Below are positions 55,954 through 64,000 of a stretch of 64,000 bases of DNA, piece after piece. A program made the translations under genes and the position numbers. Position 1 is the first letter of the stretch; the number at the start of each line of letters is the position of its first letter. Source of the DNA: Dissulfurispiraceae bacterium (GTDB taxonomy: Bacteria > Nitrospirota > Thermodesulfovibrionia > Thermodesulfovibrionales > Dissulfurispiraceae); contig DATHDG010000011.1 of NCBI GenBank assembly GCA_035319125.1, positions 18,820 through 82,819 on the forward strand, in the 5' to 3' direction. The notes below the pieces were generated by a model. That model worked only from the letters and a program-made list of their open reading frames with translations. It had not been told where the DNA came from and ran no database searches.

Positions 55954-57696
55954 CTATCCCGTGATGACCGGTGGCTTTACTCCATGGAAGAATATCCATG
56001 AAATTACAAGCCCGATCCAGATGATGAATCCGAAAAGAGCTATGCAATAAATTGCAGCCAGTTTTCCGATCCCTTCTTCCCAGAGTCTTTTGAAGTTGGA
56101 GACGACTCCAATTGTAAAGAACGTCAATAAAAAGAAAAGAGCCCTAAAAGAATTCGCTTCATTATTGGCAAGCGTAGCATTGGCTATAAACTTCTTTGGG
56201 GCTTTGATTGAATCATTAACAGTCTTGATCTTGTCTTTGTCTTCCTTGAGTTTTGCATCCAACGCGGCCTTTTGGTCAGCATCAGTTATAGTCGGCAGTT
56301 GTTTTTCCAGACTTGCCACCTCTTTTTCAAGGGGCTTGGTAATTTTTTCAGCATCGACTATTTGGCCGGCGGGACCGATACAAAGCAAGAGGAAAAGAAT
56401 GAAAGTGCCCGCATATCCGAGTACAAATTTAGGGAATCTGTTCCAGACTTCTCCGAGACCTACAGACTGCCCTTCTTTGCATTCAATGTATTTGCACCAG
56501 ATAACGGCGAGTACAAAGGCCCAGACTCCAATAAAAATGTCGATGAATACTTTGACAGTAGTTGCTGTCATAGTGATCCACCCGTCGGCATAGTTAACAC
56601 CAGTCTCAGCCAGGACCTTGCCTCTGATCAATGCGTCGGTTACTGCGCCGCTGGTGACTGCCGCTCCATCGGTCTTTACTGCCAGCCCCATCCATGCACC
56701 TGCAACCATGGGTTCCTGCCATAGAAACTCACGTGCCATAAAAGGCAGGATTATCAGTTCAACAACCGCAAAGATAACAACAAGCGAAGAAACCATAATA
56801 GGTATGATCGGCCTCGCGCGGATGGCTCCGCCTGTTGCGATTGAAGCTGATACACCGCAGATGGATATTCCTGATGCCAGTGGCGCCGCCCACTCACGGC
56901 TGAACTTAAAGTATTTACGCGCCATAAAATAGACCAGCGCCCAATATATCAGATACGCCTCAACGATTGCACACAAGCCTCGGAATATGACTGCCGATGC
57001 AAGATTGAGTTGCTGAGCTGCTTTAACACCTAGCGCTCCGCCCATAATAACAATGGCCGTTTTAACATAAAGTTCCGGCTTTACTGCTTCCTTTAACGTC
57101 TGGGCGAATTTCGGAAAGAAGTTTCCGACTGCCAAACCGGCGAGAAGCGCAAAGATAAATCCGGCTTCGCCAGAGAGCCTTAACGACCAGTCTATTTTTG
57201 CAGCTTTAGGATCAAGGGCCGCAATATAAGCAAAATGGCCCAGTACCCAACAGGCGTACGACAGCCAGAACGTGATAGTAAAGCCCAGCACAAACTTAAC
57301 CAGGTTCAGACGCATTAGTCCCGCACCAATTCCCATTAGCAGCATCATGAACAGGTAAGTATAAATTACAGAAACTATGGGAGCTGTTCCGGTTTTTTCA
57401 TATTTTTGACCTACGGCAAGGGCGGCTGTATCGGCAATGGTTATAACCTCTTCTTTGCCGTCCGCTTTCTTGAGAGTGACTTTATTTCCATCGATTTTTG
57501 TTATCTCGCCCTTGACTCCCTGGTATCCCTTGGAAACCGGCTCGACCGACTTGGACAGTTCGGTCCAGACCTTATTATTCGCCCCCCAGCCCAGGATGTC
57601 CATATTGGTAAATACCCCAAGCGACAACAGGAAGATGATCATTCCAAGGACAAATGAGAGCCAATCTTCACTAATGCCTCGTTTAGCTTCCTCCAT
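55954..57696 (-). CDS. large polytopic membrane protein, YeiH/UPF0324-like (family often annotated putative sulfate exporter)
   Basis: The blocks GISICGVSASIATGGAI and AGAWMGLAVKTDGAAVTSG resemble UPF0324 signatures. I chose start ATG 57696 (AGGGAGGTG SD upstream); the track start is 57738. It contains a soluble Lys-rich insert. Confidence 0.6.
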   Translation of the reverse strand: MEEAKRGISEDWLSFVLGMIIFLLSLGVFTNMDILGWGANNKVWTELSKSVEPVSKGYQGVKGEITKIDGNKVTLKKADGKEEVITIADTAALAVGQKYEKTGTAPIVSVIYTYLFMMLLMGIGAGLMRLNLVKFVLGFTITFWLSYACWVLGHFAYIAALDPKAAKIDWSLRLSGEAGFIFALLAGLAVGNFFPKFAQTLKEAVKPELYVKTAIVIMGGALGVKAAQQLNLASAVIFRGLCAIVEAYLIYWALVYFMARKYFKFSREWAAPLASGISICGVSASIATGGAIRARPIIPIMVSSLVVIFAVVELIILPFMAREFLWQEPMVAGAWMGLAVKTDGAAVTSGAVTDALIRGKVLAETGVNYADGWITMTATTVKVFIDIFIGVWAFVLAVIWCKYIECKEGQSVGLGEVWNRFPKFVLGYAGTFILFLLLCIGPAGQIVDAEKITKPLEKEVASLEKQLPTITDADQKAALDAKLKEDKDKIKTVNDSIKAPKKFIANATLANNEANSFRALFFLLTFFTIGVVSNFKRLWEEGIGKLAAIYCIALFGFIIWIGLVISWIFFHGVKPPVITG

Positions 57697-57938
57697 GCAC
57701 ACCTCCCTAACAAGTTGGTTTGCTGCCGATTGATACACCCTCCCTCAGATCTTTATATAATCACCTCCTTTGCAGAAAACAGCAAAATAGTCGTTACTAA
57801 ATTTATCGCTTAACAGCATTCAAAAGTCAAGATGTTTTAGCAGGATTACACAGAAATTGCCGGTCTGATGCAATATTATGCAATTAGTCTATTCTTTTAT
57901 ATAATGGGATCAAAGACGCTTTACCCGAAGAGGACAGC

Positions 57939-60900
57939 ATGGCTCCGTCAGAACGGATCACAGATGTCCGGACGCATGTCCCGTCGAGATACTCGATCTT
58001 GCAGGAAGTTGTGAATGAGTATCCCGGCATTTTGGGCAGCAGCATCCCTTTCTTTGAGGAGCTTCGGCGCGAACACAGAAACTGGTCTGCGCTGGTGCAA
58101 GAGGCGCGCTCTTATGCCTTGAAGAATTTCTCCCTTCACGATCATCATCCCGAAGGAATATCTGCTATGACTTCAGTGGCCGGCATATTTATAGAAGCGC
58201 TGTCGGCGCCGGAGTTGGAAGACCGCAGCTATGCGGTAGACTGTCTGCTTTTCTATCTTGAGAAGATAATACTGGACGGACGTCAGAAGCTGTCGGTTTA
58301 TGCCCCGATATTGCAGCATTGTGCAGATTCATTGTTACAGTTGCCGGCTGAACTGTTTTACTTTGTTATTTCGAATGCTCATCAGCTGAAGAAAACTGGA
58401 CGACTTATTATTTCCAGACAAAGAGAGACTTGCTGTCCGGTTGTTTTCAATCAACTGTATTCAAGATATCTTTTTGAAGCGTACAATTATTGGTTGCTGC
58501 AGAAAGATCCTGCCTCCGGCATATTCGAGGTTCACGTCAAGCAGCCCGGCAGAGACATAACCAACGAGCTTAATGAAATCCTGTATCCGGTTTCTCATGC
58601 AAATATTACCGGATTGTCGAAAAAACTGAATGAGCTATCCGGGGGCGAAAAAGGTGAGCTTGCAGCACTTCAGGGCATGCTGGATTTGCCCTCTTTTTCA
58701 GAGATAGCTGCATATTACGAAGAGATTTCAGGCAGACTGCCGACAACAGGAGATGCAACAAGAGACTTCCAGATTAAAACCGGCTTTCTCGATCATATAT
58801 TGCATTCTGACGGCCTGTCAGATATACATGAGGCTGTAATTCGGGAGTTAGGCCGTACACTTGCGGTCTTTACAGTGACTGCGGAGCGAAACAAGCTGCG
58901 GGAAATTTTCGCAAAGCCGCTTGATGGTCTTCGAACAGTATTTAATCCATATCCGGATGCGACACTGTATAGCGTGCATATGATAGGCAGTGCAGTGTAC
59001 AGGCTTGAGGATAGTGGCTTGGTTGAGTGGTTTGATAGAGCCATTATCTCATTCGGCTTTCAATACCCGAACGTTACCGGTATAACCGACGAATGGCAGC
59101 TTGTGGCGAACAAGGCTCACCTGAAGAACATTCGAACCTGGCTGGATCTCATCGGCATCTGTCCTAAATGGTCGAAAACACTTATTTCCGCTCTTATGAT
59201 TAACCTGTCGCTGGCCGGTGCTCAGATCAACGATACGGATATATTTCAGAAGGACATTACAAAGCTGCTGAATAGTGAAATAGGGCCTGTCTATAGTTTT
59301 ATCAAACAGCTTGCAAGAATCTTTCCGGCTTACTTCAATGTTATAAATGCTGAAGGCGAGCTGCGTGAAGTGTCTACTGCTCTGGACGATGCAACGCGCA
59401 CGGCAGATCCACTGGTGCATTTCCTCAGGAAGCACAGCCATGTGGAAAGCAGCTCGGCAATAGTTGATTTAGCAGCGGAAATCTTTCACTTCTGGGTTTC
59501 AAAGGACAAAGGAGGGCTGAGAAGGTTCCTTCCGGAGGATGTCTTCGATCAGGTAAAGGAGTCAGGTTCTTTTGTTGACGAAATGCATGATATTTTTAAG
59601 GCAGTTTTCCGGGACAAATTTCACGTTGCAGATGATCTGATGGGAATAAGCGAACCGGATTTCATGGCCGAGATAACGGAAGTGAAATCCGGATCAAGTG
59701 AGAAAAGACGTGCATGGCTGGCAGTAAGATTTTACCAGATACTTGTCGAAAAATACCGGCTCAGTATCAGCAATATCGAAGCTCATTTGAAGCGGGCGAT
59801 GGGATGGGGACTTCCGTCTGCCGAAAATGTCGTAGCAGCGCTCAGCGACAGAGACCCTAGAGTGAAGCTTGAAGCTGTTCTGGACTATCTAGCGATACTC
59901 AGGGACATTATATTGTCAACTGAGAAATTCGAAGCAATCGAGGATATAGCCAGAAAACGGCATATAGCCGCGGGTGTTCCATCTATGTACGGCAGATATG
60001 TCGAAAAGAAATTTGATGCTCTGTCAATGTCATATCGACTTGAAAATCTTGCCGGAGTCTTGTTCGGCGAACTCATTGACTCAATTAATCTGAGTTACAT
60101 CACCAGGGCGACACTTGTCGAGATAGAGAAGTTTATGCACATTTTTTTCAAGGCGCTTCGCCTCAGCGGCATATCATCCAACAGGTTGGAAACTGCGCTG
60201 GAGCTTCTTTCCGGCTCCCTGGAGGTAAAAAGGTTTTCTTTTTCACAATATATAGACATCTTTAGAGGTTTCTCCGATGCAGTCCAGGACATGGTCAATA
60301 CATATTGTACCGGCATACATAAAGGCAATCTGAAGGTTATCATACAGCAGATCGGACCCAAAAAAATTCTGCCTAAATATGCCGGTGCATGGCAAGGACA
60401 CAATGAGTTTGAATTTGTTAACAAGGCTGCTGAACAGTTCCTGCGTGAGGTTGTATCGGCTTCTTTCTGTTTTCAGCAACTTGACGTTTTCATTAGCAGG
60501 ATACTGAAGACTCTGATTGAACAGGCCGGCGGACTCGACATGAGCAGTCTTGACTTGCTAATGAGCTACGATCAAAAGAAAGCGCTGGCTGATATTCACG
60601 AGCCCGAGAGGGGTGTTAGCGATAGAATACACCTGGGCAGCAAAGGATACAACCTGGTGAGACTGGCCTCGCTCGACGTTTCAGTTCCTTCGGGCTTCAT
60701 CATTACCACAGAGGTTTTCCGCTGCCGTGAGGCTATTGACCGGTTCAGATACGCAGGCGAGCATCTCAAAGAGCGTATAGCGGATGCGCTTAAGAATCTG
60801 GAGAAACGAACAGGCCGGTTTTTTGGAAACCCCGATAATCCCTTGCTGGTTTCTGTTAGAAGCGGCGCTGCGATTTCAATGCCGGGCATGATGGACTCTC

Positions 60901-62105
60901 TTCTTAACGTGGGTATCAACGAGGAGATCGTGAGAGGGTTGATCAGACAGAAGAAAAAAGGATGGTTTGCATGGGACTGCTACCGTCGTTTTTTACAGAG
61001 CTGGGGCATGTCTTTCGGTATGGAAAGAGACGTTTTTGATGCAATAATGGAAACCTATAAGAAAAAATATCGGGTCGGTCTGAAGATTGAGTTCAGTCCG
61101 GAACAAATGACGGAAGTTGCACGCTCATATCATAAGGCAGTGGCAGAGGCAAAAATAGATATTCCTGAAGATCCGATGATGCAGCTTTACGGAGCAATAG
61201 TGCGGGTTTTTGAATCCTGGTTGTCGGCCAAGGCCCGGAACTACCGGCAGATACTTAGCCTTTCTGAAAACTGGGGTACTGCTGTCATTGTACAGGAGAT
61301 GATTTTCGGCAACCTGGACACTGGAGCAGGCACTGGCGTTCTGTTTACCCGAAATCCTCGTGATGCCGGCGACAGAGTGATGCTGTGGGGCGATTTTACC
61401 ATGGGCGCCCAGGGTGAGGATATCGTTTCCGGATTGGTCAGGACATTGCCCCTTTCTAATGAACAAAAGCTTATTGAAGAGCGTTCAGGAGATACATCGT
61501 TAGAAGACATATTCCCGCTCATCTATCATCATCTTCTAAAAATTATGAAGGAATTAATTTACAACAAGGGATGGAGTGCTCAGGAGATAGAATTCACGTT
61601 TGAGGGGAGTGACCCGGCAAATCTCTTCATTCTGCAGGCCCGCGATATGGCAGTTGCGCGCAAGGAAATATTTATGGCATTTGTGCCTACGCCCGACCTT
61701 GTGGCTTCTTATTTATCAAGTGGCATAGGAGTCGGAGGTGGAGCTCTGAGCGGCAGGGCTGCATTTGATCTCGAAGATATCAATCGTCTGAAAAAAGAGG
61801 ACTCTTCAGCATCAGTTGTCCTTTTGAGGTCAGATACTGTACCTGACGATATACGGCAAATAGCCGCGGCTGACGGCTTGCTCACCGCACGTGGCGGCTC
61901 GACATCTCATGCCGCCATTATAGCAGGCAGACTCGGGAAAACATGTGTTGTCGGTTGCAATGAATTGCTTGTCCTCGAACACGAGAAAAGATGCAGACTA
62001 AGAAGAAAGGTCATTAGAGCCGGAGATTTCATTAGTATTGATGGGAAAAAAGGCGCAGTCTATTCCGGAGCGCATAAGGCAAAAGAAGTAACGCCGCTGG
62101 CATAA
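57939..62105 (+). CDS. PPDK/PEP-synthase-like phosphotransferase: ~890-aa unknown N-terminal region + nucleotide-binding (ATP-grasp) domain + phosphohistidine swivel domain, no PEP/pyruvate TIM-barrel domain
   Basis: 1388 aa. PLLVSVRSGAAISMPGMMDSLLNVGIN, GTAVIVQEMIFGN...GTGVLFTRNP and GAQGEDIVSG match the PPDK N-terminal domain. TARGGSTSHAAIIAGRLGKTCVVGC (His1324, nt 61908-61910) is the swivel domain. The ORF ends about 60 aa later. Confidence 0.8.
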   Translation: MAPSERITDVRTHVPSRYSILQEVVNEYPGILGSSIPFFEELRREHRNWSALVQEARSYALKNFSLHDHHPEGISAMTSVAGIFIEALSAPELEDRSYAVDCLLFYLEKIILDGRQKLSVYAPILQHCADSLLQLPAELFYFVISNAHQLKKTGRLIISRQRETCCPVVFNQLYSRYLFEAYNYWLLQKDPASGIFEVHVKQPGRDITNELNEILYPVSHANITGLSKKLNELSGGEKGELAALQGMLDLPSFSEIAAYYEEISGRLPTTGDATRDFQIKTGFLDHILHSDGLSDIHEAVIRELGRTLAVFTVTAERNKLREIFAKPLDGLRTVFNPYPDATLYSVHMIGSAVYRLEDSGLVEWFDRAIISFGFQYPNVTGITDEWQLVANKAHLKNIRTWLDLIGICPKWSKTLISALMINLSLAGAQINDTDIFQKDITKLLNSEIGPVYSFIKQLARIFPAYFNVINAEGELREVSTALDDATRTADPLVHFLRKHSHVESSSAIVDLAAEIFHFWVSKDKGGLRRFLPEDVFDQVKESGSFVDEMHDIFKAVFRDKFHVADDLMGISEPDFMAEITEVKSGSSEKRRAWLAVRFYQILVEKYRLSISNIEAHLKRAMGWGLPSAENVVAALSDRDPRVKLEAVLDYLAILRDIILSTEKFEAIEDIARKRHIAAGVPSMYGRYVEKKFDALSMSYRLENLAGVLFGELIDSINLSYITRATLVEIEKFMHIFFKALRLSGISSNRLETALELLSGSLEVKRFSFSQYIDIFRGFSDAVQDMVNTYCTGIHKGNLKVIIQQIGPKKILPKYAGAWQGHNEFEFVNKAAEQFLREVVSASFCFQQLDVFISRILKTLIEQAGGLDMSSLDLLMSYDQKKALADIHEPERGVSDRIHLGSKGYNLVRLASLDVSVPSGFIITTEVFRCREAIDRFRYAGEHLKERIADALKNLEKRTGRFFGNPDNPLLVSVRSGAAISMPGMMDSLLNVGINEEIVRGLIRQKKKGWFAWDCYRRFLQSWGMSFGMERDVFDAIMETYKKKYRVGLKIEFSPEQMTEVARSYHKAVAEAKIDIPEDPMMQLYGAIVRVFESWLSAKARNYRQILSLSENWGTAVIVQEMIFGNLDTGAGTGVLFTRNPRDAGDRVMLWGDFTMGAQGEDIVSGLVRTLPLSNEQKLIEERSGDTSLEDIFPLIYHHLLKIMKELIYNKGWSAQEIEFTFEGSDPANLFILQARDMAVARKEIFMAFVPTPDLVASYLSSGIGVGGGALSGRAAFDLEDINRLKKEDSSASVVLLRSDTVPDDIRQIAAADGLLTARGGSTSHAAIIAGRLGKTCVVGCNELLVLEHEKRCRLRRKVIRAGDFISIDGKKGAVYSGAHKAKEVTPLA

Positions 62106-62128
62106 GCATTTACAGGGAGGAATAGGGG

Positions 62129-63397
62129 ATGATTGAGAAAGTAGTGACTAATCTCTCAGATAAAAAGCCTGTTTTAGGCATAAATGGGCTTGGAAGGATC
62201 GGAAAGCTTACCCTCTGGCATCATATCGGCAGAAAAGAGTTTTCAGAAATAGTGGTGAATATTGGCCGTAAAGTCGGCACGAAGTTGCAGGATGTCGCGC
62301 TGTATATTGAAAAAGACTCGACCTATAGATCGATGCAGTCCTATCTATACGGATATAAGGCTAAAAGACTTATAACGGACATAAACGAAGAAAAAGGCTC
62401 TATGCTGATTGATGGCGTGCCGGTTTTCATACTCAGGGAAGCCAGAAACCCTAGAGATATTCCATGGAAGAAGTTGGGGGTCAAGCTGGTCGTAGATGCA
62501 ACCGGCAAGTACACAGACCCTACGCTGTCATCGGATGCAAAAAACGGTGCATGCCGCGGACATCTTGAGGCGGGTGCTGAAAAGGTAATTGTTTCGGCTC
62601 CGTTTAAGATAAAGGAAAAAGGACGGCCAATGCCGGATGATGCAAAGACAATTATTTCGGGAATCAATGACGATGAATACGACCATGCGCGTCATAACAT
62701 TGTATCCGCGGCATCATGCACTACTACATGCCTTGCATACATGGTCAAACCGCTTCTGGATTATTTTGGCCCGGGCAAGATGCTAAGCCTTTCGATGGCG
62801 ACAGTGCATGCTGCCACCGGCTCTCAGGAGGTGCTGGACCGTCTTCCCAAGGAAGGGGCGACTGACCTCAGGAAAAACAGAAGTATAATGAACAATATTA
62901 TCCTTACCAGCACCGGTGCAGCAAGAACACTTGCTCTTGTGCTACCTGAGATGAACAAGATCGGATTTATTGCGCAATCTGTGCGAGTGCCTATTGCCAC
63001 CGGTTCGCTGATAATTCTGGTCATCGCAATGTATGACGAAGAGGAAAACCCGCTGATCAACCGTGCCTTGATCAATAAAATATATTTCGATGCGGCTGAA
63101 CGGGAAACAAAGGGATATATAAAATATACAGACGAGCAGAACGTGTCATCAGATATCATTGCGAATTATGGACCTGCCGTAATCATTGAAGGCAATGAGA
63201 CACATACCAGGACGGCTGTGGTAACTCTTGACGCTTCAAGGTTTTATGCGAAAGGAGCAATACCTGAGGGCATGGAACGCAATATTAACGTTCCGATAAC
63301 GCAGGCAGTGATTTACGGCTGGTATGACAATGAACTTGGCAGCTATACGAATATGCTGGGTGATCTGACAGCCAAGATGTGTTCCAACGTATATTAG
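62129..63397 (+). CDS. atypically long glyceraldehyde-3-phosphate dehydrogenase family protein
   Basis: 422 aa. GINGLGRIGKL (NAD fold), SAASCTTTCLAYMVKPL (catalytic Cys block), TVHAATGSQ and STGAARTLALVLPE blocks, with several insertions relative to ~335-aa GapA. Confidence 0.85.
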   Translation: MIEKVVTNLSDKKPVLGINGLGRIGKLTLWHHIGRKEFSEIVVNIGRKVGTKLQDVALYIEKDSTYRSMQSYLYGYKAKRLITDINEEKGSMLIDGVPVFILREARNPRDIPWKKLGVKLVVDATGKYTDPTLSSDAKNGACRGHLEAGAEKVIVSAPFKIKEKGRPMPDDAKTIISGINDDEYDHARHNIVSAASCTTTCLAYMVKPLLDYFGPGKMLSLSMATVHAATGSQEVLDRLPKEGATDLRKNRSIMNNIILTSTGAARTLALVLPEMNKIGFIAQSVRVPIATGSLIILVIAMYDEEENPLINRALINKIYFDAAERETKGYIKYTDEQNVSSDIIANYGPAVIIEGNETHTRTAVVTLDASRFYAKGAIPEGMERNINVPITQAVIYGWYDNELGSYTNMLGDLTAKMCSNVY

Positions 63398-63561
63398 CAG
63401 CCGGATCTTTTCTTGCGGGTAAAAAACAGCAGCCCCAAGAACGAAGTTGCTACAAGGCCAATGGACAAATAGGCTATGGTTATGCTGCTTCTGAAAGAAA
63501 ACAGGGTAATCCCGGCCAGAATGCTTAGAATAAGAATTGCTGAAACAAAATTTTTATTCAT
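63394..63561 (-). CDS. small two-TM membrane protein, 55 aa
   Basis: Below the track cut-off. MNKNFVSAILILSILAGITLFSFRSSITIAYLSIGLVATSFLGLLFFTRKKRSGC. An AAAGGGGTG SD-like sequence lies upstream. Its stop overlaps the GAPDH-like stop on the opposite strand. Confidence 0.4.
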   Translation of the reverse strand: MNKNFVSAILILSILAGITLFSFRSSITIAYLSIGLVATSFLGLLFFTRKKRSGC

Positions 63562-63677
63562 TTCTTAAACACCCCTTTAACATATCTAGCTATGTTGTCA
63601 TCTTGAATCTTGCTATTCATAACAGCAACAAAAATTACTTGGTTGCGCACAATGGAACCATAAAAAAATCAAGCGGC

Positions 63678-63884
63678 CTACAGCAATGTCAAGTCCATCT
63701 CATAATACTTCAGTGAATCTTCCCAAATAACAATCTTCTGACCGCGCTCACGGATTGAGATAAGCTTTATCAGTTTGCCCTGCTGATTGCTTAAAACATA
63801 AGCGTTGAGCAATCGCTCGGTATATCCCTTGTCAATTGCATATCTTTCGAACTTAGCCCACGCTTCACTCAACATGACAAACAT
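63678..63884 (-). CDS. hypothetical protein, 68 aa
   Basis: ORF only. I recognise no motif. Confidence 0.35.
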   Translation of the reverse strand: MFVMLSEAWAKFERYAIDKGYTERLLNAYVLSNQQGKLIKLISIRERGQKIVIWEDSLKYYEMDLTLL

Positions 63885-64000
63885 TTCTTATCCTTTCCAT
63901 GTGAATCAGGTTATTGAATTTTAAATGCTTAATGTCTTCAGTAACGCAATCCATGCCTTGTCGTCAGTTGCGCAGCCCCTCTGTTTCTACTTTACAACCA

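Noticed and set aside
1-64000. Search for CRISPR arrays, tRNA/rRNA genes, transposases, integrases, toxin-antitoxin or classical defence systems, and in-frame TGA (selenocysteine) splits in the Hdr/Dsr-like genes
   Set aside because: I saw no repeat-spacer periodicity, no cloverleaf-like or rRNA-like sequence, and no recognisable mobile-element or defence-gene motifs. All redox genes read through as single uninterrupted ORFs. A covariance-model or HMM scan would be needed to exclude small RNAs rigorously.

Overview
This 64 kb chromosomal window comes from a moderately low-GC, probably anaerobic or microaerophilic sulfur-metabolising bacterium. I see no rRNA, tRNA, CRISPR array, transposase, integrase or prophage gene. 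The content falls into six blocks:

1. **1-19.9 kb, signalling and accessory genes.** There are three HD-GYP proteins, a PilZ protein, a hemerythrin, HPP/CBS genes and a DUF3786 Fe-S protein. The main feature is a mercury-methylation pair, hgcA-hgcB. It is preceded by a cysteine-rich AbrB-type gene and followed by a response-regulator HD-GYP gene.
2. **19.9-28 kb, oxidative respiratory module.** It encodes an SCO copper chaperone, caa3-type haem-copper oxidase subunits I, III, IV and II, haem O synthase, SorAB-like sulfite dehydrogenase, a di-haem cytochrome c peroxidase and a small cytochrome c.
3. **28-34 kb, housekeeping.** GNAT, GlcD-like oxidase and SMC.
4. **34.3-48 kb, a complete dissimilatory sulfite reductase locus.** The order is dsrA, dsrB, dsrD, an antisense rubredoxin, dsrN, an unknown gene, dsrC, a dsrT-position gene, dsrMKJOP and a ferredoxin. 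A convergent dsrH/E/F-like plus tusA cluster follows.
5. **48-53.7 kb, envelope, lipid and queuosine housekeeping.** kdsD, kdsC, pgsA, plsY and queC.
6. **53.8-64 kb.** A LuxR-type regulator, a duplicated-domain His/Met-rich periplasmic protein, a YeiH-like transporter, and a 1388-aa PPDK-like phosphotransferase that lacks the PEP/pyruvate barrel, next to an atypically long GAPDH-like gene.

The leads I rank highest are:
- the hgcAB operon context;
- reductive (dsrD, dsrT-position) and oxidative-type (dsrEFH-like, SorAB, oxidase) sulfur markers side by side;
- a DsrJ fused to an OmpA-like domain;
- an uncharacterised gene embedded between dsrN and dsrC;
- the truncated PPDK-like and GAPDH-like pair.

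All family assignments rest on motifs read by eye from the translations. No database search was run.
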